Shown: in pieces, positions 29,959-39,114 of the stretch
Numbering within the stretch: position 1 is the stretch's first letter
Layout: the number at the start of each line of letters is the position of its first letter
Source: a virus
Reading direction: 5' to 3' (one strand)
IMG/VR virus record: IMGVR_UViG_3300032516_000003
Location: 65,341-129,340 of that record
DNA length: 64,000 nucleotides
Position numbers and translations under genes: made by a program
Notes under the pieces: model-generated
Databases searched by the model: none
Seen by the model: the letters and a program-made list of their open reading frames with translations, nothing else
Told to the model about the DNA's origin: nothing

Positions 29959-30672
29959 CTATCCTCGGCTAGGGTCGAGGCTCTCCACATAGCCGTCAAA
30001 GAGATGGCTCTTATGCCTAATGGCGGCGAGGATGTTAGGCACCAGATCGACGAACTTCCCGCTCCTGATCTCCGCAAAGCCCCGATGGATCGCCATGTGG
30101 TGAGTGGGACAGAGGTAGTGCTTCCTAGATGCTTTGTTTGACCGGTATGAGAATTCCTCATGGTGTTCGTCGAGGATCAACCGCTCTCTGCAGTTGGGGA
30201 CCATACACTTGACCTTGCGATCAAGCAGTCGGCGATACCACCCGGTCTTGCGGCGAGTGTGGGCCAGGTTCGAGTGCTTCTCACAACAGAAGCGTTTACC
30301 GGCACCCTTTCGCAATGGCATGAGGGTCGGTTTCTTCTCTGGATGCACGTACACTACAGTGTTGGTGCACTCGGGTATCGCACACGGCAGGATCGAGACG
30401 TGCAAACCAAGATCACGTCTGGTGGACAACCGTTTAAGGTGCTTACGACAGCAGCACTTATGTTTTTGCCTAGTAGACTGGAATCGCTTTTGGCATTCTG
30501 GCAGCTCGCATATATGCCAGAAGAGCCGCTTAAATCCACGGCTCTTGAAGAGCATAGATACTGCTTCGGGAGTCGTTTTCCGCTCCTTTGCTATCATCCG
30601 AAGCGTCACTCCTGCACAGTGGCGCTGCCATAGGTGTTCTACTCTCTCTTTAGAGACCGGCACAGTGCTCAT
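29959..30672 (-). CDS. free-standing HNH endonuclease with multiple zinc-finger repeats (homing-endonuclease-like)
   Basis: ILDEHHEEF...RKHYLCPTHHMAIHRG plus several CxxC...HxxH pairs. The gene is visibly lower in GC than its neighbours. Confidence 0.6.
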   Translation of the reverse strand: MSTVPVSKERVEHLWQRHCAGVTLRMIAKERKTTPEAVSMLFKSRGFKRLFWHICELPECQKRFQSTRQKHKCCCRKHLKRLSTRRDLGLHVSILPCAIPECTNTVVYVHPEKKPTLMPLRKGAGKRFCCEKHSNLAHTRRKTGWYRRLLDRKVKCMVPNCRERLILDEHHEEFSYRSNKASRKHYLCPTHHMAIHRGFAEIRSGKFVDLVPNILAAIRHKSHLFDGYVESLDPSRG

Positions 30673-30680
30673 GGTTTGGT

Positions 30681-30709
30681 AGATTACCAGCGATTACTCG
30701 CGTTGTCAA
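30681..30709 (-). promoter_or_regulatory. sigma70-like promoter (TTGACA -17- TAATCT) for the HNH gene
   Basis: Near-consensus hexamers in the 38-nt AT-richer gap between the polA stop and the HNH start. Confidence 0.4.
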
Positions 30710-30710
30710 G

Positions 30711-33700
30711 TTATGCTTTGGCGCTCGACCATGCGTAGCCAGCACCCATATCCACGTTCAGGGGCACCAGCAGATCGAACGGCAGTGGGTGCTCCATGAG
30801 CTCGCGGATGATCGGCATGGCCTCCACCACAGTCTCTTCTGGCACCTCGAACACCAGCTCATCGTGGACCTGGAGCAGCATCTGCACGCCCAGGCTCCGC
30901 AAACGGGGATCGAGTTCACACTTCAGCATGGCGGCCTTGGCCACGTCAGCAGCCGATCCCTGGATCACCGAGTTGACCGACTGACGTTCGTTGCGGGCCA
31001 GGTTGGCTTTCTCACTGCCGCGCATGTGGTAGCGCGACATGTGCCCCAGGGTGGCCATCTCGGGGAACCGGCGGGGCCGGTTCAGGATGGTCTCGACGAA
31101 GTGGATGTCGGCGATGACGGCGTGGATGTCGTCGATGAAGTTCTTGATGTGAGGGTAGGGCTGGAAGTACTTCGCGATCTTCGCCTTGGCCTCGTCGACT
31201 GTGCAGTCTAGCGCCTTCGCCAGCTTCTTGGGGCCCTCGCCGTAATTCAGCGCGAAGCCGATTGTATTGTGCGTGATGAGGCCGTTAGCCAGGTAGAGGT
31301 GGTCGTCATCGGCCAATTCCAGATCGACACAGGGCCCGGGTCCCACAGGAATAACTGTCATGACTTGATCAGGCAGCTGCTTATGGGATGCCTTGCGCCG
31401 GATTCGATCACGCTTGCCCGGGTGCCTGATGTAGGATCTTAGAGTTGGCCCATCAGACCCCATCACTTTTAGTCGGAAGTACCATCTCCTGTACGTAGAG
31501 TTCCACCCCGGATCGAGCCCGATCTTCAGTCCACAAGCACGTGCCATGAAAGCCAGCTGTCCGGCAAAGATGCCATCCTTTGTCGTGAGGGATATGTCTC
31601 CATCCCTCTTGTCCACTGTGCCATCTGTGTCGATCAGGCCGCCTAGGAAATGCAGTGCCGCTTCCCTACCAGCCTGTAGGATCCATGAGGGCACCCTGAG
31701 CAATTTCTTACTGTTGCGGATCAAATCCAGCGCCTCTAAGTACTCGCCCGTATGCCTGCTCCCTATGTACAGGCTAGTGTTATGGCGTCTCACCGAATCG
31801 AGCCCGATGCGAGTGCAGGCGTGGTACAGATCATCCTGCCACGAACTGTAGGGATACCCGGATGCGTCGCTACTGCCACACGGCCCGTGAGCAAATCCGT
31901 ATGCGTGGTCGCTGCTCCTACATCCATCACCGAGAAAGAGCCCGGCAAAGTATGAGACGTCGTGGTCTAGGCACAGCACAGAAGCAGGTATGCCGCTGGT
32001 CATTTTCCGTTTCCAATGCGGATACGGATGAGTTCCGAGCTGAGGCACGGCTGCCTCAGCCAATCTATCACCGGGCATGAGATCTTCTGCCTTTCGCAGT
32101 GTGCCGTCTGCTAGCAGGAAGCGGTGATTGTGAGAGCACGTAAGTACACCGCGTCGGGCCACAACCTGTAGCAGTTCTTTTTCTCCTCCATTGTAGGTAG
32201 CTTTGACGGCTACTGCGCTTTCGCGCCTGCCAGTAGCGACCTGAATGCCCGAGCTGATCTCCAGGAAGGTGTCTGGATCTTCGCCGAACCGGAAGCTCTC
32301 CATGGGGCGCAGACCGTCAGACCACACCAACGTAGTCGGATGTACACACTTGGCGTCCTGTCGGTGCAGGACCATGGCCTTCTCTTCGTCACTCAGCTTG
32401 ATCGACGAGTCCTTGGCCGCAGCCTTCTTCTTCTTGATGGCCGCGATGAGCTCGTCGTAGTCGTGGTCGTACATCAGCGCCGCCGAGCCGGAGTGGATGT
32501 CCCAGCCTCGATTGATGACGCCGATCATGTTGGGGTCTTCCGAGAAGTGAGCGAGCAATCTCATCTCCAACTGCTCGTAGTCAGAGATCACTAGGACATG
32601 GCCATCCTTGGGCATGAACGCCTGTCGGATGACGTACTTGTCATTATCCGGCCTGGGAAGGTTTTGCAGATTCGGATCAACCGAGCTGAGGCGACCAGTG
32701 ACGGTGACGTGCTGGGTCATGGTGGCATGGATGCGCCCGTCCTGATCGGTCCACTTGCGCATGCCATCCACGTAGGTGCCCTTGAACTTGCTGAGCTCGC
32801 GGAGTTGCATCAGAAGCACGGCTGCTTCAACGCCGTCATCAGCCCAGATCTGCAGGCACTCCTCGTCTGTGGATGGTTGCCGATTGCCGCTATCCCCGCC
32901 CGAGGTCATCTTGATCGGCTTCAGCCCCAGCTTGGTGAAGAACAGTTCCCGGAGCTGAGGATTGCTGCGTGGATTGATCTCCTTACCCGCGACCTTGACC
33001 AGCTGCTTTTCTAGTCGGTCAATGTCCACTTGGATCGCCGGTGAGAGCGAGTCCAGATAGCCGACGTCGACCATGATGCCGCGGCGACAGCAGTTGTGGA
33101 GCACCCGGGTGAAGGGCATCTCGTAGGTCACGAAGTAGTCCCAGAGGGACTGCCCGAGGGTGTTGGTCTCCTTCTCCAATGCCGCCTTCAGGTAGCGGAA
33201 GACCTTGAGAGTGGCGTAGGCGTCCAGCGATGCGTAGGAGACCGCCTTCTCGAAGTCATCCCGCAGGCCACGCTGCAGCCGCTCCGGGATGGTCTCATTG
33301 CGCTTGACCGTGCCGAAGGTGTCTTTGAAGGACTTCATCTGCAGCTGGTGGTAGTCCCACATGGTCTCCTTGAGACCGTGTCGGCCCTGGCGATTCTCGT
33401 CATGCAGCCAATCCATCGCCAGGGTGCAGTAGGTATCCCCTTCGGGAACACGCACGCCGGAGTTGGCGAGCATGGAGAAGTCGAAGGTCTGGTTGGTGAA
33501 GTACCACTTGAGGTCCGGATCGGGAGCCAGCTCCCGGTCCCAGATCTTCAGCATGTTGGGGCTGAAGCAGTAGCGGGACTTCTCATCAGGACTGGCCGAC
33601 CAGAGAACTATGTGGTCCTTGCGTCGATCCAGTCCGGTGGTCTCGGTGTCCATGGCGCACTCGCCGGTGTCACGGACATGGCGCACGAACTTCATCATCT

Positions 33701-33749
33701 CGTCGGCCCTGTCCACGTACGTGACAGGGGGGACCCACTGGATCATCAT
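30711..33749 (-). CDS. polA: family-A DNA polymerase with 3'-5' exonuclease domain, interrupted by an intein
   Basis: Exo I AMDTETTGLD. Motif A DYEQLEMRLLAH. Motif B RQDAK|...|TIGFALNYG, split by the insert. Motif C VHDELVFEV. Confidence 0.85.
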   Translation of the reverse strand: MMIQWVPPVTYVDRADEMMKFVRHVRDTGECAMDTETTGLDRRKDHIVLWSASPDEKSRYCFSPNMLKIWDRELAPDPDLKWYFTNQTFDFSMLANSGVRVPEGDTYCTLAMDWLHDENRQGRHGLKETMWDYHQLQMKSFKDTFGTVKRNETIPERLQRGLRDDFEKAVSYASLDAYATLKVFRYLKAALEKETNTLGQSLWDYFVTYEMPFTRVLHNCCRRGIMVDVGYLDSLSPAIQVDIDRLEKQLVKVAGKEINPRSNPQLRELFFTKLGLKPIKMTSGGDSGNRQPSTDEECLQIWADDGVEAAVLLMQLRELSKFKGTYVDGMRKWTDQDGRIHATMTQHVTVTGRLSSVDPNLQNLPRPDNDKYVIRQAFMPKDGHVLVISDYEQLEMRLLAHFSEDPNMIGVINRGWDIHSGSAALMYDHDYDELIAAIKKKKAAAKDSSIKLSDEEKAMVLHRQDAKCVHPTTLVWSDGLRPMESFRFGEDPDTFLEISSGIQVATGRRESAVAVKATYNGGEKELLQVVARRGVLTCSHNHRFLLADGTLRKAEDLMPGDRLAEAAVPQLGTHPYPHWKRKMTSGIPASVLCLDHDVSYFAGLFLGDGCRSSDHAYGFAHGPCGSSDASGYPYSSWQDDLYHACTRIGLDSVRRHNTSLYIGSRHTGEYLEALDLIRNSKKLLRVPSWILQAGREAALHFLGGLIDTDGTVDKRDGDISLTTKDGIFAGQLAFMARACGLKIGLDPGWNSTYRRWYFRLKVMGSDGPTLRSYIRHPGKRDRIRRKASHKQLPDQVMTVIPVGPGPCVDLELADDDHLYLANGLITHNTIGFALNYGEGPKKLAKALDCTVDEAKAKIAKYFQPYPHIKNFIDDIHAVIADIHFVETILNRPRRFPEMATLGHMSRYHMRGSEKANLARNERQSVNSVIQGSAADVAKAAMLKCELDPRLRSLGVQMLLQVHDELVFEVPEETVVEAMPIIRELMEHPLPFDLLVPLNVDMGAGYAWSSAKA
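31266..32348 (-). mobile_element. intein (361 aa, LAGLIDADG type) in Pol A motif B
   Basis: Starts at Cys468 (CVHPTTLVW). Contains YFAGLFLGDGC and LGGLIDTDGTV. Ends ...LYLANGLITHN with +1 Thr. The surrounding DNA is lower in GC. Confidence 0.8.
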
Positions 33750-33837
33750 CTACCTCCAAGGTGAAGGGGGGGGGTGGCAGGCGCCTTGTGCGGAGCCAAC
33801 CGTTCCTGCACGCCTGCCACTCCCCAGGTTCATCGGC

Positions 33838-35028
33838 CTAGAACGGGATCCCGTCGTCTGCCGCCACTTCTACGGCGCCATCCTTGCCGTAGTCCTCCGC
33901 GTGGTGATCAGCTTCTTCGTTCGCGTAGGGATTCTCGATCTTGAGCATTTTGGCCTGGATCGAGAATGGGTCTGCCTCGAAGATCTTCCGGAACGGCCAA
34001 GGCTGAGTCAGCTCCTTCAGCTCCTCGGTGAGCTCAATCTTCTCCCACCGGGGCACCTGGACGGTGGAGCCGGTCTTCTCTCCTGTCCGCTTGACTTCGA
34101 TGTTGCAGTCGAAGATCGTGACCGGCGTTGGGTCCTGGCACGAATTGCACTCGTTCTGCTTGAGCGGGAAATCCTCCTTGCTGCACTTGGGGCACTTGCG
34201 GGCCGCGCCGCCGAACGTGTCGGCTTCGTCGGGCTTGACGTCGGTGATGTCCAGGAGCATGGCCCCACACTCGCCGCATTCGTAGGCGACTTCGGTGATC
34301 CGGCCACCGCAGGTGCAGTCCTTGCCGATCTCCCGCTCGATGCCACCGAGCTGCTCTAGGTGGGAGTTGCCCATCGCCCAGTGGACCTTCTTGCCGAAGA
34401 TCTTCTCGACCTTCTCGCCGCACAGCTTGCAGCGCCGGCCCTCGCAGAGGACCTTGTCCATGATGACTTCGCCCTGGTGCCGGCCGTGCTCGTACTTCCG
34501 CGGACGGTCGTGCTCGTCGAGCACGGGGCTGAGGTGATACCAGGCGAGGTGGATGGCGTTCCACACGTGCATGACCCGCCAGCTGATGTTCTTGGCGTCG
34601 CTCTTGTCGTCGCTCTTGTCGTCGCTCTTGTCGCGGTGCTCACACGTCAGGCACTTGCCGGCCACGGTGGTGATCTCACCCTCGACGTACTTGTACTGCT
34701 TGGAGCAGATCAGCGACTTGTCCGGCCCGGCGATGAAGTGCTCCACATACGAGTAGTACGGCAGCGGGAAGTCTTCGAACGTGATGTAGCTGCCGGGGAG
34801 CATGCGCAGCTCGGTGGTCACGTTCTTCGGGGGCTTCCAGCGAGCCCCCCAGCGGATGTTGAGGGAGCGGCCGCGGCTCATCCGGCCGCGGCTCATCCGG
34901 CCGCCGCCGCCTCCGGTATCAGCACGGCGAGCGCTGGCGCCGCGAATCAGCTGACTGAATGGAACTCTTGGGGCTCCTCTGAAGTCCATTGTCTCTCCTC
35001 CACACGCGGAAGTCCGGTGCAGCGTCAA
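33838..35028 (-). CDS. multi-zinc-ribbon protein with short tandem repeats
   Basis: Four CxxC...CxxC pairs and a (KSDD)3 tract. The true start may be internal (MSRGR) because the 5' 110 nt overlap the primase gene. Confidence 0.45.
   Translation of the reverse strand: MTLHRTSACGGETMDFRGAPRVPFSQLIRGASARRADTGGGGGRMSRGRMSRGRSLNIRWGARWKPPKNVTTELRMLPGSYITFEDFPLPYYSYVEHFIAGPDKSLICSKQYKYVEGEITTVAGKCLTCEHRDKSDDKSDDKSDAKNISWRVMHVWNAIHLAWYHLSPVLDEHDRPRKYEHGRHQGEVIMDKVLCEGRRCKLCGEKVEKIFGKKVHWAMGNSHLEQLGGIEREIGKDCTCGGRITEVAYECGECGAMLLDITDVKPDEADTFGGAARKCPKCSKEDFPLKQNECNSCQDPTPVTIFDCNIEVKRTGEKTGSTVQVPRWEKIELTEELKELTQPWPFRKIFEADPFSIQAKMLKIENPYANEEADHHAEDYGKDGAVEVAADDGIPF
34591..34632 (-). repeat. 3 x 12-nt tandem repeat (gtcgctcttgtc) encoding DKSD-DKSD-DKSD
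   Basis: Direct repeats visible in the DNA. A second 2 x 15-nt repeat (MSRGRMSRGR) lies near 34867-34896. Confidence 0.5.
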
Positions 35029-35980
35029 TGACGCTCTGTATGACTTCCCTACTGAGGTTGTCGGGTTGTACCTTCTCGTCTTCGTAGTGCTCGGGGTACT
35101 CGCACACCTTGACGTCCAGGCCGCGCTCAGCTAGTCGGCAGCCTGTGTCGAGGGTTCCCTCCAATCCCGCTTGGTCATGATCCAGGAACAGGTAGATTGT
35201 CGCTCCCAAGCGGCTGAGCGTCAGTTCCTGGGCCCGGCTCATCCGGCTGCCCTGTAGGGCCACGGTCCATGGCCAGCCCTGCTGGATGAGCCAGATGCAG
35301 GCCTTGTATCCCTCCGCGATGATCAGCGTGTCCAGATCACCGTAGAAGATGTCCGGGAACACGTTGTGCATGTTCCACAGGAAGTTGTGGTTCCTGATCT
35401 CGTACCGCTCGTAGCGCGCCTTTACCGTGACGTCATCAGGCGCGTACTGCAACAGGTCAGCCGCCTTGTACACCTTGTAGCGCGGGCTGTCCTCATCTCT
35501 GACCGCTCGGCCAGAGATCCCCACCAAGTTGCCGTACAGATCCCGGATGGGGAAGGTGATTCGCAGCTCCCGCTTGTCGAAACCGATCTCCAGCTCTGCC
35601 AGCAGCTGCTTGTCAAAGCCAGCCTTCACCAGATCTGTTGGGCAGTACTGGAACACGCCCAACAGACTCTCGTTGATGAAGTGCTCACCCTTGCCCGGGT
35701 CGCGATCCTTGAGTGGATCCTTCGCCGGCTTGAGCTGCACGTTCTCCATGATCTGGTCGATCTGGGTGGAGGGGGCCCGCATCGCCTTGAGGAACTGGAG
35801 CAGCGTGCCCTTGGCGTGACAGGTGTGGCAGTACCAGAGACCGGTCTCGACGTTGATGTAGAAGCTGGGGTGCGACTCCTGGCCACCCTTGTGGAATGGA
35901 CAGGGGCCGCCCACGTTGTTGTTGCCTGAGGGCTTCACGAACCTCAGGAACTTCTGGGCGATGTCGAGTACGGTGCTCAA
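34919..35980 (-). CDS. DnaG-like DNA primase (zinc-binding plus Toprim)
   Basis: CPFHKGGQESHPSFYINVETGLWYCHTCHAKG (CHC2 zinc finger). IIAEGYKACIWLIQ...LFLDHDQAG (Toprim E...DxD). Confidence 0.7.
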   Translation of the reverse strand: MSTVLDIAQKFLRFVKPSGNNNVGGPCPFHKGGQESHPSFYINVETGLWYCHTCHAKGTLLQFLKAMRAPSTQIDQIMENVQLKPAKDPLKDRDPGKGEHFINESLLGVFQYCPTDLVKAGFDKQLLAELEIGFDKRELRITFPIRDLYGNLVGISGRAVRDEDSPRYKVYKAADLLQYAPDDVTVKARYERYEIRNHNFLWNMHNVFPDIFYGDLDTLIIAEGYKACIWLIQQGWPWTVALQGSRMSRAQELTLSRLGATIYLFLDHDQAGLEGTLDTGCRLAERGLDVKVCEYPEHYEDEKVQPDNLSREVIQSVIDAAPDFRVWRRDNGLQRSPKSSIQSADSRRQRSPC

Positions 35981-38745
35981 TTCTTCCCTTTCTCCTTTTT
36001 GCCCTTGAACGCCTTGGCCGCGACGGTATGTACGATGTTGGAGAGAGCCGCCGGCGTGCGCGGCCCATCGCTGTTCTTCTTGCGCTCCGCCTTGAGATTG
36101 TCGGAACCCTTGAAGAAGGCCGCGACGTCCTTGCGCTGGTAGAAGATTACCGGTTCCGTTTGAGGCTCACCCGCTTCATTGGTGAGCACCACACCCTCGT
36201 CGTTGCGCTTCTTGCGCATGACCACGCCGAAGTCGGTGGCCGCGTTGCCGTGGATGACGAAGCCGTACAGGTTGATCTCACGTGCGGCAGGGATGCAGAG
36301 CGCCAACAGGTTGCGCTCCGGGTCTCCGGTCTCTTCCTTGTTCACCTCCATGCACAGGTCGGCGTTCATCCCGTAGGCATCCGCGAAGGCGATGTTCCGC
36401 ACCGAGTAGCCTCGGGAATCCTCGGAATCACGGTTGGCCTGGGTGGTGATGACAATGGGACGCCGGTAGACCATCGCCGTCTCCTTCAGCTCCGTGACGA
36501 TGTCGGCCTGGTCCTCCCACTTGATCGACCGCTTGCCCGACTTGTCGTTCTTCATCAGGTAGGCGGCGTCCACGTAGATGATGTCCGGGTTGTGGTCGCG
36601 GATCTTCTGCTTGAGTCCTTCTACGCCACCACCATACTCGCCGCGGCGAGACTGATCTGTGGTGATGATGAAGCCCTTGTTGAACCCGGACTCCAGCCGG
36701 CAAGTCTCCTCATCAATCACCACCGTGTCCATCAGCGTGCGCAGGCGGTCCTTCATGGTGCCACCTTCCCAGACGGCAATCTGGTCCAGGCGACCCTTCC
36801 GGTAGGCGGAGTAGGGAGCATTGATGAGCAGACATGCAGTCCGGTCCATCATCTGCTCGGGCGACATCTCCCGGGTGTAGACCAGCACCCGGCGGTTGTG
36901 GTTGTAGGCGTGGACCGCCATTGACAGCAACACCCAGGTGTTATGCACGATGAAGTTCTCGACCACGAAGTTCGGATCTTGGCCATCCTCGATGCAGATG
37001 TCGTAGCAGGGGAGCACTCCGAGGTGCTCGATGCTCTTGATGCGCTCCCAGATGATGTCGCTGTCTGCCACCTTCTGCAGTTCGGGACTTTCGAGGGCCC
37101 GCGCCAAGAGCTGGAGCAGGTGCCTGCTGATGCGACCGGTCCTACGGAAGAACTTGCTCGCATCCAGCTTTGATCCGCCCCAGCGGGGCCAGGGCTTATC
37201 GACCTTGGCCTCCAATATCTGGGCCATGAGTCGATCGCTGTAAGGCACAGCATCGGCGTTCCTCTTCTCCATGACGTCGAGCATTGCCAGGCGCTCTAGG
37301 GCCTGCCGCTTTCGTGTCAGGCACAGATGGCTGCCGAGTACCTCATGGAGTTGCTGATGCTGTTCCTTGGAGTAAACCACCAGCATGTATGCGAACGTGT
37401 CGAAGTTGGTGACCAATTCTTGGATTCTCCCGCGGATACCAAAACGAGAGAGCAGATGCTGCACCCCTTCAAGTAGCTTTCTGCTGGCGCTGCTCCAGGA
37501 CACCGTGCTGCGAGAAACATGCCCATCCGTGTCTAGCAAGCCGGCGAGGAAAGCTGCCACAGATGCGGGGCTCGATCTGAAGATGCTTTCGGGGACCTCC
37601 TTGTCTGGTCCCTTCTTACCGTGCATCCCCAATTCGTGCAGACGATCTAGCAGTAGGTTGTGTTTACCCGATGCACGTACAATGCGGTATTCGATGGGTC
37701 GTGTCTCTTGGTGCAGCTCACAGTTGAACAGCGAAGAGGAGAGGCGCTCTACGAGAGCCTTCAATTCTTCATCCTCAGTGGTGAACTGCACCTCGTCCCT
37801 GGTGTAGTTGCCATCCCCAACGAGCATTCCTAGTAGTTGCGCTTCATCGGTTTCGATCTTGCTGCTGGGTTCCGTCTCTGGCAGTCGTCGTGCAGTGGCT
37901 ACGTAGTCTCCAGGTTGGAGCTCGCAGATGCGGCGATAACCACCGCCTGGCACCATGTAGAGGTGCTCTGTGCTGGTTCGCAGCAGAAGACCTGACTCAG
38001 TCTCAACCTCTACTGAGTCTTTCTCTCCGCTTACCACGCGCCGAGCTCGTGCCCACCTGGTCTTTCCCGTCTTTTCGGTGTAGGAGGGTACATCGAGCGA
38101 CTCAGGTAGCTGCTCGATGGGAACCAAGGAACCGTCACGCAGCATGATCTTCTGGCCGACCGGAACGCACTTCATCGACTTGGGCCGGCCGTATAGGACG
38201 ATCAGCTCTCGATTCTGGATACCACGAGTCTCCTCGTTCAGCGGCTTCCAGGGGTACGGGATGCCTTGGACGCTCTCCGGATTCTCGTACCGCTCGTAGC
38301 GCGCCATCGTCTCCTGCATGTAGCTGGAGACCTCGATGTCCTTGCCGATGCGGCGATCCTTGGAGACGGCTTCCAGGCGAGAGAGCGAGCGCGCCAGCAG
38401 CGCGTCAACATCCTTATGCTTCTTGTTGTTGTCCAGGATGTCATCGCATAACGCGCCCAGCTCCCGATTGGTGCGGTAGTCGAGCAGGTCCTTGATGTGT
38501 ACTGCCAGTGGTGTGCGGCTGGTGCGCGGCAGGGAGATGTGTGGGAACTTCTCCTCCAGTCGTTCACGGGTGGGTACTGTGCCCTTGCTCTCATCCGACT
38601 CGTAGAACGCGGCGATGTCATTCCACAGCTGCCGCGCCCCATCATCGGCGAAGCACTCGGCCGAAACCCCTTCGTCGACTGCCAGCCGGAAGTTGCCTTC
38701 CTCGACGAGCTTGGCGATGAACAGCAGCTCTTCGTTGGCCGGCAT
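35977..38745 (-). CDS. DnaB-like replicative helicase interrupted by an intein in the P-loop
   Basis: Walker A GRPKSMK|...|TWVLLSMAV. Downstream SxEMS-like REMSPEQM and Walker B IIYVDAAYLM. Start set at MPANEE (TGATG overlap with the upstream stop). Overlaps the primase start as ATGA. Confidence 0.75.
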   Translation of the reverse strand: MPANEELLFIAKLVEEGNFRLAVDEGVSAECFADDGARQLWNDIAAFYESDESKGTVPTRERLEEKFPHISLPRTSRTPLAVHIKDLLDYRTNRELGALCDDILDNNKKHKDVDALLARSLSRLEAVSKDRRIGKDIEVSSYMQETMARYERYENPESVQGIPYPWKPLNEETRGIQNRELIVLYGRPKSMKCVPVGQKIMLRDGSLVPIEQLPESLDVPSYTEKTGKTRWARARRVVSGEKDSVEVETESGLLLRTSTEHLYMVPGGGYRRICELQPGDYVATARRLPETEPSSKIETDEAQLLGMLVGDGNYTRDEVQFTTEDEELKALVERLSSSLFNCELHQETRPIEYRIVRASGKHNLLLDRLHELGMHGKKGPDKEVPESIFRSSPASVAAFLAGLLDTDGHVSRSTVSWSSASRKLLEGVQHLLSRFGIRGRIQELVTNFDTFAYMLVVYSKEQHQQLHEVLGSHLCLTRKRQALERLAMLDVMEKRNADAVPYSDRLMAQILEAKVDKPWPRWGGSKLDASKFFRRTGRISRHLLQLLARALESPELQKVADSDIIWERIKSIEHLGVLPCYDICIEDGQDPNFVVENFIVHNTWVLLSMAVHAYNHNRRVLVYTREMSPEQMMDRTACLLINAPYSAYRKGRLDQIAVWEGGTMKDRLRTLMDTVVIDEETCRLESGFNKGFIITTDQSRRGEYGGGVEGLKQKIRDHNPDIIYVDAAYLMKNDKSGKRSIKWEDQADIVTELKETAMVYRRPIVITTQANRDSEDSRGYSVRNIAFADAYGMNADLCMEVNKEETGDPERNLLALCIPAAREINLYGFVIHGNAATDFGVVMRKKRNDEGVVLTNEAGEPQTEPVIFYQRKDVAAFFKGSDNLKAERKKNSDGPRTPAALSNIVHTVAAKAFKGKKEKGKN
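36940..38169 (-). mobile_element. intein (410 aa, LAGLIDADG type) in the helicase P-loop
   Basis: CVPVGQKIMLRDG... with LLGMLVGDGNY and LAGLLDTDGHV. Ends NFIVHN with +1 Thr. Confidence 0.8.
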
Positions 38746-39104
38746 CAGTTCACCTTGCGGAGCACGATCTGACTCTTGGGAAAGATCAAGGTGCCGGCCG
38801 TGCCTTCGACTAGACATAGCGTGTAGCGGTCGATCCACTTGAGCGTGCCGGCGTACTCTTTCTCGCCATACATCACCACTACGACCGACCCAATCCAGTC
38901 GCGCACCTCGGTGTGCCAGTTGTCCTGGACGTTCAGCAGATCCTTCAGCTGCCGCACGTCCTTCTCCAGCCGGTCCACCTTGTCCTTCAGACTCTGTAGC
39001 TTCTTGGACTGATCATTCTGGGGCATGGGAGGTCTCCTGAGGGTGGGGGGAGTGGCAGCATCTACTGCCTCGAATTGAACGTCAAGACAGTAGATGCCAA
39101 CCAC
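38745..39104 (-). CDS. coiled-coil protein with possible Sm/Hfq-like C-terminal domain
   Basis: SVVVVMYGEKEYAGTLKWIDRYTLCLVEG...IFPKSQIVL resembles the Sm1/Sm2 pattern. Confidence 0.35.
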   Translation of the reverse strand: MVGIYCLDVQFEAVDAATPPTLRRPPMPQNDQSKKLQSLKDKVDRLEKDVRQLKDLLNVQDNWHTEVRDWIGSVVVVMYGEKEYAGTLKWIDRYTLCLVEGTAGTLIFPKSQIVLRKVN

Positions 39105-39114
39105 CGGAGACTCC

